Positions 16,696-26,080 of a stretch of DNA of 57,441 bases are shown piece by piece. The notes under the pieces were generated by a model, which saw nothing but the letters and a program-made list of their open reading frames with translations, did no database searches and had not been told where the DNA came from. Source of the stretch: an uncultured Gammaproteobacteria bacterium. Lineage in GTDB: Bacteria; Patescibacteriota; Microgenomatia; Daviesbacterales; UBA10151. The stretch spans positions 1 through 57,441 of the forward strand of contig CAYLXC010000004.1 of the NCBI GenBank assembly GCA_964387865.1. Direction: 5' to 3'. The position numbers and the translations under genes were made by a program. How positions within the stretch are numbered: position 1 is the stretch's first letter; every line of letters starts with the position of its first letter.

Positions 16696-17272
16696 ATATT
16701 GTCATCTCCTCAAAAATATCAGTTCCAGTTTTATCTTTACCTGTAAAGCGGTAAAATTTCCCTTTTTGTTCTAAAACTCTCTGGTTAAATAAAATTCCAT
16801 CCAAATGATCCACTTCATGCTGGAATATCCAGGCAGGAATGCCTTTTAGGGTTTTATTGAACTTATTCCCATTTATATCCTGATAGGAAACCTTTATTGA
16901 GGTATGCCTTTTTACATTGCCCCAAATATTGGGTATGGATAAACAGCCTTCAAAATAAGTTTTTTTGCCTTTTGAATAAGAGATAATTTCAGGATTTATG
17001 ATTGAAACAAATTCCTTTTTATAATCTTTCCATCTGGATGCACGTTGAGTTGGATTTGAGGGAGGTTTTTGTTTTGTATTATGAAGACGGGCCACAAAAA
17101 AGCGATCAGAAAGCCCAACCTGGGTGGCAGCCAATCCAACCCCTTCAGGATCTTTAAAACTTTTGGTAAGTTTTATCATCTGATTTAGAGTGTTTACTAA
17201 AGCTGGTGTAAACTTTTTTACAAATTTTGTTTTTACCCTTAAACTTGGGTCTGGTGCATGAATTACTTGCAT
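16694..17272 (-). CDS. def: peptide deformylase
   Basis: GVGLAATQVG, EGCLSIP, QHEVDHLDG. Confidence 0.97.
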   Translation of the reverse strand: MQVIHAPDPSLRVKTKFVKKFTPALVNTLNQMIKLTKSFKDPEGVGLAATQVGLSDRFFVARLHNTKQKPPSNPTQRASRWKDYKKEFVSIINPEIISYSKGKKTYFEGCLSIPNIWGNVKRHTSIKVSYQDINGNKFNKTLKGIPAWIFQHEVDHLDGILFNQRVLEQKGKFYRFTGKDKTGTDIFEEMTI

Positions 17273-17296
17273 GAGGGAATAATATCAAAGAAAAGG

Positions 17297-17351
17297 TATA
17301 AAGTAAAAAGTTTAAAGTAAAATTTTTTTTCTTTTTACTTTTGACTTTTAA
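17297..17351. repeat. inverted pair of A/T-rich heptamer arrays
   Basis: TATAAAG TAAAAAG TTTAAAG ... CTTTTTA CTTTTGA CTTTTAA. Confidence 0.6.
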
Positions 17352-17598
17352 ATTGTTTTAATCTCCACATGAAGACTTTGGCTTTGGATTTTGCTCCATA
17401 ATATCCTTTCGTAAAATTTAGAGCCTCTTCTAAAATTTTTCTGTCAACTTCTTTTGCTAATTTTATGTATAATCCATAGTGTTTTGTGTCATTTAAGGAT
17501 TCTGCCAGATATACGCCGTATTCTTGGAATTCATAAGCAATGTTTTTAGGACGGTCTTTGAATTTCGTTTCAGCAATGGCCCTCTTAATGGACTTCAT
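17335..17598 (-). CDS. small basic hypothetical protein
   Basis: 87 aa; 4-nt overlap with the upstream gene. Confidence 0.75.
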   Translation of the reverse strand: MKSIKRAIAETKFKDRPKNIAYEFQEYGVYLAESLNDTKHYGLYIKLAKEVDRKILEEALNFTKGYYGAKSKAKVFMWRLKQFKSQK

Positions 17599-19688
17599 GG
17601 TTTAGCTGACGTAGTTGCTTCCTCAAGCTTCTGTTTTGCTTCCAAATAGTCAGGTCTTAAATTTATAGCCTGCTTAAAAGCTTTAATTGCCTCATCTTTT
17701 TTATCCAAAGTCTCCAAAATTAGTGCCTTATTGTAATAGAGTTTTGGATCTGTAGGTGCAAGTTTTATCGCCTGATCCAAAGCTTTGAGTGTCTCATCAA
17801 CATATTTTTTATCCAAAGAAGAAAGTTCAAAATAAGTTCTTATGGCTGTTCTCCAAAAAGAGACATTATTTGGGCTCTGTTTTAAAACTGAATCCAAATG
17901 TTCTAAAGCTTCATCTTTCAAGACAGCTGATAAAGTTGCATCAATTTGTTCTAAAGCAGCAGATGCTGCAGCTGCTGAGTATGCAAGCTCACTTCTGTAG
18001 AATGGTTCATCTCTATTCAACTCCTTAGCAGCACTGAGCAGATTATATGCTTTTCCAGCGCTTCCTGCCTCAATAGCATTTTGCCCTTTTTTAAAAATAG
18101 TATCTGCATACCAAAGTTTGAAGATGGAAAATAGAAGATAGAGGGTTGTGAAGATAATAATACCTTTGGCAAATTTGGTGTAAAGAGGACGGCGGTAAAT
18201 AAGATGTAGTATGTAGTATGTAGTATGTAGTATGGATGGCAAAATTAGACCTTTGGTTTTAGGATTTGGATTAATTGTCAGCTTCAGCGGTTTAATGGAT
18301 TGAGTAAAAACAAAGGCCAAAGCTGGGAAAAGGTAAAAGAATATGGCAATTATGACTACAGAGAAAAGGAAGATATTATATATAAGGTAGGAGATATAAG
18401 AAGCAAGGAGAATGGGTATTAGGATATAAGGATATTGGGAAATATTTTTTCTCTTAATATCATAGTATCCTAGTATCGATTTTATGCTCCAAACTACAAA
18501 AGTTAAAATTACTATCATGTATGTGGTAAATCCTGCTAAACCAGTAGTAGCCAAATAGTTCAAATATTCATTGTGAGCTTTGTTATACAAAAAATCCCAC
18601 TCGGATGTTAAGTTATGGGCAGCGGGTCTAAATTGGTAATAAGAATAGGCAAAAGTTTCAACGCCTGATCCAAAAATAGGGTAATGTTTAAATATTTCCA
18701 AAGCTCCTTGCCAAACAATAAACCTGATTTGACCAGATTCTGTGCCACCTGTCTCAAGCTGGGTTCCTACTTGTTGTGTTAAAGAAATAACAGGTCTTGT
18801 AGGAGGAGAGAATTTGGAAATCAGTCTAAAACTGGTTAAAGCAGAACCAAAAAGAAGGTTAATTATAAGAAATGATCCAATAACGAGTAAAACTGGTTTT
18901 ACATTTCGATCCGCCAACTGACGAAGAGAAAATTCCTTTCGTTTGCGCTCGAAGAATAATAATAACCCTAGAAACACTGCCATTCCACAAATTAAACCCA
19001 ACGTAGGTCCCCTGGAATAAGTAAAGGTGAAAGCTAAGTAGTATGTAGTAAGTAGTATGTAGTAGGTAGTTAGGGATTTTCGGCTGGTGGCTGTGAGCAA
19101 AAAATAAAGAGCAGGAAAGATTAGCATGGAAAGGTATGCTGCAAGCCAATTAGGCTGGCCTAAGGTAGCAAATACTCTTTCCTGGACTCTTTGCACCCAG
19201 CAATCAGCATTAAATTCTCCTCTTAAAAACACACAGGATGGAGAAACTCCAAAATGCTCTGAAATTGCATAAAGGGAAATTATGAATCCTGATGCCAGCC
19301 CTACCTTTAGGAGTGTTAAAACCTTATCCTTATCCATGTTGGAAACAAAAGCCCAATATAATAATAGGTAGGTTACTGTGGATAAGAGTCCTCCGTTTAG
19401 TCTGGAATAATAACCCCAAATAGAAGTATGGGTATCAATTGAAAATATCGTAGATAAGATATTTGCGCCTAAAAAAAGTAATAACGGGATATCTAAAGGA
19501 GTCCGTTTAAATATGAATGTTTTCTCCTGGACCATTTTTAAAATCCAACATCCGACAATCAAAACAGTTATTCCATAAGCTAAATTCATCTTATTAAATT
19601 CAAAAAGTTCGTAATTTAAAGAAGTCCAAAAAAGAGGAGTTAGGAAAAAGAGAAGGTAGAAAGAATAGGTGATGACTTTATCCAGCAT
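17595..19688 (-). CDS. O-antigen ligase (Wzy_C)-like membrane protein with C-terminal TPRs
   Basis: ATLGQPNWLAAYL, TYSRG, RFIVWQGALEIFKHYPIFGSG, AHNEYLNYLATTG; C-terminal TPR-like helices. Confidence 0.85.
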   Translation of the reverse strand: MLDKVITYSFYLLFFLTPLFWTSLNYELFEFNKMNLAYGITVLIVGCWILKMVQEKTFIFKRTPLDIPLLLFLGANILSTIFSIDTHTSIWGYYSRLNGGLLSTVTYLLLYWAFVSNMDKDKVLTLLKVGLASGFIISLYAISEHFGVSPSCVFLRGEFNADCWVQRVQERVFATLGQPNWLAAYLSMLIFPALYFLLTATSRKSLTTYYILLTTYYLAFTFTYSRGPTLGLICGMAVFLGLLLFFERKRKEFSLRQLADRNVKPVLLVIGSFLIINLLFGSALTSFRLISKFSPPTRPVISLTQQVGTQLETGGTESGQIRFIVWQGALEIFKHYPIFGSGVETFAYSYYQFRPAAHNLTSEWDFLYNKAHNEYLNYLATTGLAGFTTYMIVILTFVVWSIKSILGYYDIKRKNISQYPYILIPILLASYISYLIYNIFLFSVVIIAIFFYLFPALAFVFTQSIKPLKLTINPNPKTKGLILPSILHTTYYILHLIYRRPLYTKFAKGIIIFTTLYLLFSIFKLWYADTIFKKGQNAIEAGSAGKAYNLLSAAKELNRDEPFYRSELAYSAAAASAALEQIDATLSAVLKDEALEHLDSVLKQSPNNVSFWRTAIRTYFELSSLDKKYVDETLKALDQAIKLAPTDPKLYYNKALILETLDKKDEAIKAFKQAINLRPDYLEAKQKLEEATTSAKP
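18204..18231. repeat. heptamer tandem array inside a CDS
   Basis: (ATGTAGT)x4, read as ILHTTYYILH. Confidence 0.9.
19036..19070. repeat. heptamer tandem array inside a CDS
   Basis: AAGTAGT ATGTAGT AAGTAGT ATGTAGT AGGTAGT, read as LTTYYILLTTYY. Confidence 0.9.
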
Positions 19689-19692
19689 AAAT

Positions 19693-19773
19693 TAGGGTAT
19701 AGCGACTAGGGTATAGGGTTTAGTAAAAAAAATCAACTATACCCTAACCCCTAGACCCTAAACCCTACCCTAT
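19693..19773. repeat. inverted pair of TAGGG/CCCTA heptamer arrays between divergent genes
   Basis: TAGGGTA TAGCGAC TAGGGTA TAGGGTT TAG ... CTATACCCTAACCCCTAGACCCTAAACCCTACCCTAT. Confidence 0.9.
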
Positions 19774-19788
19774 GTTAAACTGCCATTC

Positions 19789-20853
19789 ATGTTAGGTAAG
19801 ATTTGGCAGTATTTCTCTTATGATATAGGGATTGATCTAGGCACTGTTAATACTTTAGTTTTAGTGAAAGGCAAGGGAATTTTAATCCGGGAACCAACTG
19901 TTGTAGCACTACATAGAAAAACTAGACAAATTTTAGCAATTGGTGGAGAGGCAAAAAGAATGCTTGGCAGAACACCTGCTGCAATTGATGCAATTAGGCC
20001 ACTTCGTGATGGAGTAATTTCTGATTTTGATACAACTGAGGCCATGCTTAGATATTTTATTCATAAAGTTCATGACACACCATCTAAGGGTTTTTGGTCC
20101 ATTCCCAAAATTCCAAAACCTAGAATAGTTGTGGGAATACCATCAGGAGTAACTGAAGTTGAAAGAAGAGCTGTCCAGGATGCATGTCTTTCAGCAGGTG
20201 CAAGGGAGGCATTTTTAATTGAGGAACCTATGGCTGCAGCAATTGGTGCAAATCTTCCTGTTGAAGAACCGGAAGGGGTAATGGTTGTTGATGTGGGAGG
20301 TGGTACAACAGAAATTGCAGTAATTTCTTTGGGAGGAATGGTAATAAACAGATCCTTAAGGGTTGCAGGGGATGAGATGGATGAGGCAATCGTATCTTAT
20401 ATGAGGACAAGATATGGAATGTTAATTGGCGAGAGAACATCCGAGGAGGTAAAAATTGAAATTGGTTCTGCTTTTCCTTTGAATAATGATAATTCAGTTA
20501 TGACAGTTGTAAGAGGTAGAGATTTGGCATCTGGTTTACCAAAATCTTTAAAATTAGGAGCTGCGGAAATTAGGGAAGCATTAACCCCTGTTATTTCACA
20601 AATTATCTCATCCATTCAGGAAGTTTTAGAAGAGACTCCGCCTGAGCTTTTAACTGATGTTGTTGAAAGAGGAATATTTTTGGCAGGTGGCGGATCATTG
20701 CTTCGTGGATTAGACAAAAGGATTGCTGAGGAAACAAAAATGCCGGTATATTTAACAGATGATCCCCTAACAACAGTTGTAAGAGGATGTGGAGAAGTTT
20801 TAAACAATTTGGATCTGTTATCTAAAGTTAGAGTGACAGGAGGTTTACGTTAA
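19789..20853 (+). CDS. mreB: rod shape-determining actin MreB
   Basis: IGIDLGTVNT, IRPLRDGVISDF, IEEPMAAAIG, VDVGGGTTE, LAGGGSLL. Confidence 0.97.
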   Translation: MLGKIWQYFSYDIGIDLGTVNTLVLVKGKGILIREPTVVALHRKTRQILAIGGEAKRMLGRTPAAIDAIRPLRDGVISDFDTTEAMLRYFIHKVHDTPSKGFWSIPKIPKPRIVVGIPSGVTEVERRAVQDACLSAGAREAFLIEEPMAAAIGANLPVEEPEGVMVVDVGGGTTEIAVISLGGMVINRSLRVAGDEMDEAIVSYMRTRYGMLIGERTSEEVKIEIGSAFPLNNDNSVMTVVRGRDLASGLPKSLKLGAAEIREALTPVISQIISSIQEVLEETPPELLTDVVERGIFLAGGGSLLRGLDKRIAEETKMPVYLTDDPLTTVVRGCGEVLNNLDLLSKVRVTGGLR

Positions 20854-20860
20854 ACCGACT

Positions 20861-20895
20861 GTCATCCTGAGCGAGCGGAGCGAGTCGAAGGATCT
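20861..20895 (+). repeat. GTCAT-type REP-like element
   Basis: GTCATCCTGAGCGAGCGGAGCGAGTCGAAGGATCT; same family as 40838-40863. Confidence 0.75.
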
Positions 20896-20903
20896 ATATT
20901 AAT

Positions 20904-21044
20904 ATGAAAAAAACTGTCCTCTTTGATATTGACGGAACACTTTTAGATACTTATGGTTTTTTAGGCCATGAAATTAAAAAGTACAAGCCGGATTATGTGA
21001 TTGATAACATAGAACAGCTAACAAAAATCCTAAAGCTTGCTTGA
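20904..21044 (+). pseudogene. internally deleted HAD-family phosphatase
   Basis: 46 aa MKKTVLFDIDGTLLDT-YGFLGHEIKKYKPDYVIDNIEQLTKILKLA*: HAD motif I joined directly to a typical HAD C-terminus. Confidence 0.8.
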
Positions 21045-22193
21045 ATTGTAAAATCTGTACTTATAAACGAATAATGGATCCACCATGGCAATTGTGGCAA
21101 TTTGGACCATATCTGCCCCTGCCTTTAAGAATTTATCTACATCAGAAACTTCCACAATTCCACCCCCACCCAAAATCTCATATTTTAATCCCTCCTCTTT
21201 CCTGATTTGGTTTGCCCATTTAATAGACTCTAAAGCAATATCTTGAATAAGTTTTCCGCAAACTCCTGAAGTTTTCCTTCCAGGTAAAATTTCCTTACCA
21301 TCTTTTCCTAAAACAGTCATGGCAATTGCATTTATTCCTGAAACATAATCTAAATTTTTACCCGGTGCCTTAAAAACTTTTTTCATCTGATTTTTGTTTT
21401 TATAAAGGCCAAATTTAAATCCGGCTTTTGTATTTGGAAACCTTCTTTTAAATTCTGAAAAAAGGTATTTAACTAAATCCGCACTCTGAAACATCTCTCC
21501 TTCTTCAGGATTTTCCGTCACATTAGGACATGCTAAATTAAACTCTATAAATTGGGCTCCTGATGTTACTGCTGCTGTTGCTGCTATAAGCAGATCTTCT
21601 GCTGTTTCAACTATTAATGCCTCTGAAGGAGACTTTCCGAAAATAACAGAGCAGCCTTGGTTATCTCCCGGGGTTGTTGCTGTAACCGAACAACCTAAAA
21701 TCTGCCCATCCTTCACTGACTCCCTCTGTTTTCTTAGTTCCTGTGCCCAAACCTCTAATGACGGGGATGGATTTCCAAAAGAATTTGTAATGCTTTGGTA
21801 TTTATCAAATTCATTCTGATCATTGGTTGCAGTTAGAGGTTTATTAAGACTCTGTCTGCTAACTTGTTCTTCAGCCTGAATTATAGCTACATTCGGAACT
21901 TTATTAGAGGGTCTTGGGGTTGATCTTCTGGTTTTTTCCAAAACCATTCCATAGCCCATTTTTAGGTAAAAGTCTGTCCATATTTTTCTGGATGCAGGTC
22001 CTGCAGAAATAGCTATTGGAGAAATTAATTTATGGCCCAAAAAGGAATATTTTTTTTCTCTTGGAAGTGAGGGAAACTTATTGGATAACCAAACAGGGCC
22101 TTCCTGAACAACTTTTTCCCAAGATTTCTTAATATCATAAACAAATTTAGGCTGTTTAGGATGAATTAAATTTTTTGGATCTGATGGTTTCAT
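21030..22193 (-). CDS. pyrD: dihydroorotate dehydrogenase-like FMN enzyme (divergent)
   Basis: PIAISAGP, TNSFG, IEFNLACPN, INAI, TSGVCG, ILGGGGI, AGADMVQIAT; last gene of the pyr cluster. Confidence 0.75.
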   Translation of the reverse strand: MKPSDPKNLIHPKQPKFVYDIKKSWEKVVQEGPVWLSNKFPSLPREKKYSFLGHKLISPIAISAGPASRKIWTDFYLKMGYGMVLEKTRRSTPRPSNKVPNVAIIQAEEQVSRQSLNKPLTATNDQNEFDKYQSITNSFGNPSPSLEVWAQELRKQRESVKDGQILGCSVTATTPGDNQGCSVIFGKSPSEALIVETAEDLLIAATAAVTSGAQFIEFNLACPNVTENPEEGEMFQSADLVKYLFSEFKRRFPNTKAGFKFGLYKNKNQMKKVFKAPGKNLDYVSGINAIAMTVLGKDGKEILPGRKTSGVCGKLIQDIALESIKWANQIRKEEGLKYEILGGGGIVEVSDVDKFLKAGADMVQIATIAMVDPLFVYKYRFYNSSKL

Positions 22194-22230
22194 TGCGCAA
22201 TATCATACATAATATTCCTGTCCAAAACAA

Positions 22231-22662
22231 TCATTTTTTAAAATACACAATAATAAAGAGTCCACCAATTGCCATTAGCATCCCAATAATTTGAAGAAAA
22301 TTTAGTTTTTCATGCCAAATAATAAAACCAAATATAACTCCATAAATAATTAGGGCTACATAAAAAAGAAGTGTAAACAAGGATTGCGGAGCTCCTAAAG
22401 TATAGGCTTTTATAATTCCATAATTTCCAATCCCTATTAAAGCACCTATTCCAATTGCAATGGGTAAATATTTCAGTCCTAAAATAAGTGACTTATCCTG
22501 AGAAGTTAATAAATGAAGTGTAAGCATGATCAAAAAACCGATAAATGAGGCATATGCATTAACTAAGAATACGGAAATATCTTTAGGTAGAAATTTTGAA
22601 AGGGTTTGATAAGTCACAAAAAGGAGTGGCACGCTAACTGCAAGTATTTTCCAATCCAACAT
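22231..22662 (-). CDS. small EamA/DMT-family membrane protein
   Basis: Five hydrophobic helices; FIIWHEKLNFLQIIGMLMAIGG signature. Confidence 0.75.
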   Translation of the reverse strand: MLDWKILAVSVPLLFVTYQTLSKFLPKDISVFLVNAYASFIGFLIMLTLHLLTSQDKSLILGLKYLPIAIGIGALIGIGNYGIIKAYTLGAPQSLFTLLFYVALIIYGVIFGFIIWHEKLNFLQIIGMLMAIGGLFIIVYFKK

Positions 22663-22669
22663 AAATCTA

Positions 22670-23737
22670 TTATATAGCTTTTGGATAAATTATTTCTCCG
22701 CTAACAGAATTTGCTAAAACTACACCATTTTCAAAAACTTTTTCCCCTCTTAAAACCACTTTTTTAACTTTGCCTGTAACTTCTAAGCCAGCAAAAGGGC
22801 TCCATTTACATTTTGAATAAAATTTTGAAGGATCAATTTTATAATTCTCATTCATGTCAACTTCAACAAAGGTGTCTGGTTGAGGAGGTATGTAAAAAAT
22901 TCTTCTGGGATTTTCGCTGGTAAGCTGGATTAGCTTTTCTATAGTAAGTCTGCCCTCATTAACTGCTGTTAAAAGTAATGGGAGGGTAGTTTCTAAACCT
23001 GGGACACCATTTGGTGGATTGGGGGAATTTTTTTCTGTCCTTGTATGTGGCGCATGATCAGATGCAATTGTGTCAACTGTCCCATCTTGAACTCCTTTCC
23101 ATAAAGCTTCCTGGTCCTCTTTTGTTGCAAGAGGGGGCCTCATCTTACTATATGGCCCCAACTTTTTGGCATCATTCTGAGTTAAGAATAAATGATGGCA
23201 AGTAACTTCACATGTTATAGATAAACCATCTAATTTCGCCTTTTTTATGTATTCTATTTCTTCTGCCAAACTAATATGACATACATGAAGTTTATTCCCA
23301 TGCTTTTTCGCTAACTGAATAGCAATTTTTAAGGTCGGACCCTCTGCATGAACCATCAGGATTTTATCTTTTGGCCAATGGACAAAAATATCCTCAAGGA
23401 TTATTTTGTCTTCAATCAGCAGTGTACCTGTTGTATGGTTCATATAAACTTTTAAACCAAAAACCTTATTTCTAATGGAATCAAAATGCTGGGTAGATTC
23501 TTTGGTAGCTCCAAAATGAAAACCTACATCACAATACACTCTTCCTTCAGCCAGTGAAATCTTTTTCTCCAAAGCTTCAGAAGAAATGGTTGGCTCAGGA
23601 TTATTTGGCATATCCAAAACAGTAGTATACCCACCTGCTAAAGCAGCTTTTGTTCCTGATTCAAAATCTTCTTTTTGAGTAGCACCAGGTTCCCTAAGAT
23701 GGACATGCGTATCAATAAGCCCTGGAAGTTTAATCAT
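22670..23737 (-). CDS. pyrC: dihydroorotase (amidohydrolase family)
   Basis: LPGLIDTHVHLREPG, HVCHIS, EVTCHHL, KMRPPL, IASDHAPH, GVPGLET. Confidence 0.92.
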   Translation of the reverse strand: MIKLPGLIDTHVHLREPGATQKEDFESGTKAALAGGYTTVLDMPNNPEPTISSEALEKKISLAEGRVYCDVGFHFGATKESTQHFDSIRNKVFGLKVYMNHTTGTLLIEDKIILEDIFVHWPKDKILMVHAEGPTLKIAIQLAKKHGNKLHVCHISLAEEIEYIKKAKLDGLSITCEVTCHHLFLTQNDAKKLGPYSKMRPPLATKEDQEALWKGVQDGTVDTIASDHAPHTRTEKNSPNPPNGVPGLETTLPLLLTAVNEGRLTIEKLIQLTSENPRRIFYIPPQPDTFVEVDMNENYKIDPSKFYSKCKWSPFAGLEVTGKVKKVVLRGEKVFENGVVLANSVSGEIIYPKAI

Positions 23738-24450
23738 TTTGATTTCAGATAAGAAGTTGATTTATCATATTGATCTTTTGTAATCATATTTTTCTCCAAA
23801 TAATAATCTAAAATTTCAGTTAATTTCATTGCTGCATAAACCTTGCATTTTTCTTTCTCAATTTGTTCAACCCCTCCTTGTTCCCTGTCAATTAAAACAA
23901 GCATATTTACATAAAATCCTACTTCCTTTGCTGCACTCAAAGCTTCCAGTTTAGATTTACCATGAGCTATCACATCATCAATAACTAAAAGTCTGGTATC
24001 TTTTTTAACCTTAATTCCTTCCTTAATAACAATATTCCTATCAGTGTTGGCTCCAATTTTTTCATAAACATCCATGTAAGGAAGACTCTTAACTTGTGAA
24101 TATTTTTTGGCAATAATAACTGCTGCCTTAGGGACTCCTGTACAATAATCTTGAGGAGTATCTAATTTTACTTCTGATAAAACTTGAGCAATTTTTGTCA
24201 AAACTTCATCAGGTAAATTTCTTAAATTAACATAAATAGGTGACAGTGGAACATCTATTTTTTCTTCATGAATTTTTAAAGCAAATTCACCATTCTCTTT
24301 GGCAAAATCAATGGGACTTGTTGGTCTTGAAGATTCTTCCAGGTAATATGAGCCATCCTCTCTTTGTTTCCTCCTTATAACTTTTGCTTCAATTTTGGTA
24401 TTAAGGAGTAAATCAGCAAGTTCCTCTTGGGACTTTGTCAACTTAGACAT
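23734..24450 (-). CDS. pyrE: orotate phosphoribosyltransferase
   Basis: LSPIYVNLR, PRPP loop LLVIDDVIAHGKSK, VLIDREQGG; adjacent to pyrF. Confidence 0.85.
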   Translation of the reverse strand: MSKLTKSQEELADLLLNTKIEAKVIRRKQREDGSYYLEESSRPTSPIDFAKENGEFALKIHEEKIDVPLSPIYVNLRNLPDEVLTKIAQVLSEVKLDTPQDYCTGVPKAAVIIAKKYSQVKSLPYMDVYEKIGANTDRNIVIKEGIKVKKDTRLLVIDDVIAHGKSKLEALSAAKEVGFYVNMLVLIDREQGGVEQIEKEKCKVYAAMKLTEILDYYLEKNMITKDQYDKSTSYLKSK

Positions 24451-25207
24451 TTTTCAAAATCTCCTGAATTTGGCTATGTAATTTGAGTGCTGCCTCTCTA
24501 GGATTGGGGGCAAAAATGATGCTTCGAGATGAGTTTATTATTAAACCTTGTTTTTCGCTATTCAGACCATTCTTTATTGTACCTTCCAAATCTCCACCCT
24601 GAGCTCCAATACCCGGAACCAAAATTGGCATATCCCCAACGATTTTTCTCACCTCACCAATTTCTTTTGGATAAGTTGCCCCGACAACAACTGCCAAATT
24701 TCCATTTTCATTCCAGTCTTTTACATGCTGAGCCACCACTTGATAAAGTGATTTACCACCCACTTTTAAATCCTGGAATTCGCCTGCTCCTTTATTTGAT
24801 GTTTTAACCAAAATAAAAATTCCTTTATCACTTCTTTTTAAAAATGGTAAAAGGGATTCTTTTCCTAAATAAGGATGAATTGTGACAGCATCTGCTGCCA
24901 AATCATCAAAAATAGCTTTTACGTATGCTTCATTGGTATTGCCAATATCTCCACGCTTGGCATCTAAAATAACTGGAATATCAGGATAATTTTGATGAAT
25001 GTGTTGAACGATTTTCTTTAAAGATTCCCATCCAACTGATCCTTCTGCCTCAAAAAAAGCGATGTTTATTTTGTAAGCACAAACTAAATCGGAAGTATCA
25101 TTAACAATCTTCTGAATAAGAGGAAGATCAGAGGAGTCTAAACCAACACAAACAAATTTCCCCTCATCCCACCTTGTTTTTAATTTATCTATAAAAGTTT
25201 TGCCCAT
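24443..25207 (-). CDS. pyrF: orotidine-5'-phosphate decarboxylase
   Basis: VCVGLD, YKIN, ILDAKRGDIGNT, VVGATYP, LVPGIGAQGG, NSSRSII. Confidence 0.95.
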   Translation of the reverse strand: MGKTFIDKLKTRWDEGKFVCVGLDSSDLPLIQKIVNDTSDLVCAYKINIAFFEAEGSVGWESLKKIVQHIHQNYPDIPVILDAKRGDIGNTNEAYVKAIFDDLAADAVTIHPYLGKESLLPFLKRSDKGIFILVKTSNKGAGEFQDLKVGGKSLYQVVAQHVKDWNENGNLAVVVGATYPKEIGEVRKIVGDMPILVPGIGAQGGDLEGTIKNGLNSEKQGLIINSSRSIIFAPNPREAALKLHSQIQEILKNV

Positions 25208-25290
25208 AAATAAGAGGTTAAATTCTAATAAATATACCTGTTTTAAATCCTTTTGTCAAAGCATTAAGCTTATGTTATATTGTTTCCGCT

Positions 25291-26079
25291 ATGGATAGAG
25301 TAATTCCAAACTTTAAACTCACCTTATTTTTACTGGCCTTAAGTATTCTAATTATTCTTGCAGATTTAATTCATTTTTTAAGTTTGCCCAAGTATATTTT
25401 ATCCTATATTACAACACCGATATCCTTTGGACTTTATCAAACATATAATAAAATAAGCAGACAATTTTATTTTATATTTAATCTGCGTTCAGCAGCAGTT
25501 GAAAATAAAGCCTTAAAGGAACAACTCGGGCAGCTTCTTTCAGAGAATGCTCAAATAAGAAAAAGATTGGCAGAAACCGAAAGTCTAGTTGCACAACAAA
25601 ATGCTTTGGGGATTGCAACATATAATTTAACAAGCGCCCGCCCAATTGGCATACAAAGGTATTTAAGAATAGATAAGGGTTCTAAATCAGGATTAAAGCA
25701 AGGCAATGCAGTTGTTTTTAAAGATAATTATTTGGGAAAAATTGTCGGTTTGTCAGAGAATTTAGCCAATGTACAGCTACTTTCTGATCCGGATTCTAAG
25801 GTAGCAGCTTTTTCCCAAGGACTAGAAGGTAAAGCTAAGGGTGTTTTGACTGGCAAGTTTGGATCTGAGATGGTTTTGGAAAAGATTTTACATGAAGAAA
25901 AAATAAAGATTGGGGATTTGGTTTATTCTGAAGGGACTGAGGGTTTTTTACCAAGAGGATTAATTTTAGGCAAAGTTTCTCAAGTTTTAGGATTGGAAAA
26001 TGAGGTTTTTAAACAAGCTAAAGTCCAGCCAAATTTTGATATTAGAGATTTAGACTTGGTGTTTGTGATAAAGGAATAA
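25291..26079 (+). CDS. mreC: rod shape-determining protein MreC
   Basis: TM helix + coiled coil (ENKALKEQL), IDKGSKSGLKQG, TSGxxGxLP-like GTEGFLPRGL; precedes mreD-mrdA. Confidence 0.9.
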   Translation: MDRVIPNFKLTLFLLALSILIILADLIHFLSLPKYILSYITTPISFGLYQTYNKISRQFYFIFNLRSAAVENKALKEQLGQLLSENAQIRKRLAETESLVAQQNALGIATYNLTSARPIGIQRYLRIDKGSKSGLKQGNAVVFKDNYLGKIVGLSENLANVQLLSDPDSKVAAFSQGLEGKAKGVLTGKFGSEMVLEKILHEEKIKIGDLVYSEGTEGFLPRGLILGKVSQVLGLENEVFKQAKVQPNFDIRDLDLVFVIKE

Positions 26080-26080
26080 A

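Noticed and set aside
18405-18445. Third heptamer array in the ligase-like gene (GGATAT units)
   Set aside because: Spacing alternates between 7 and 8 nt and units are degenerate; not counted
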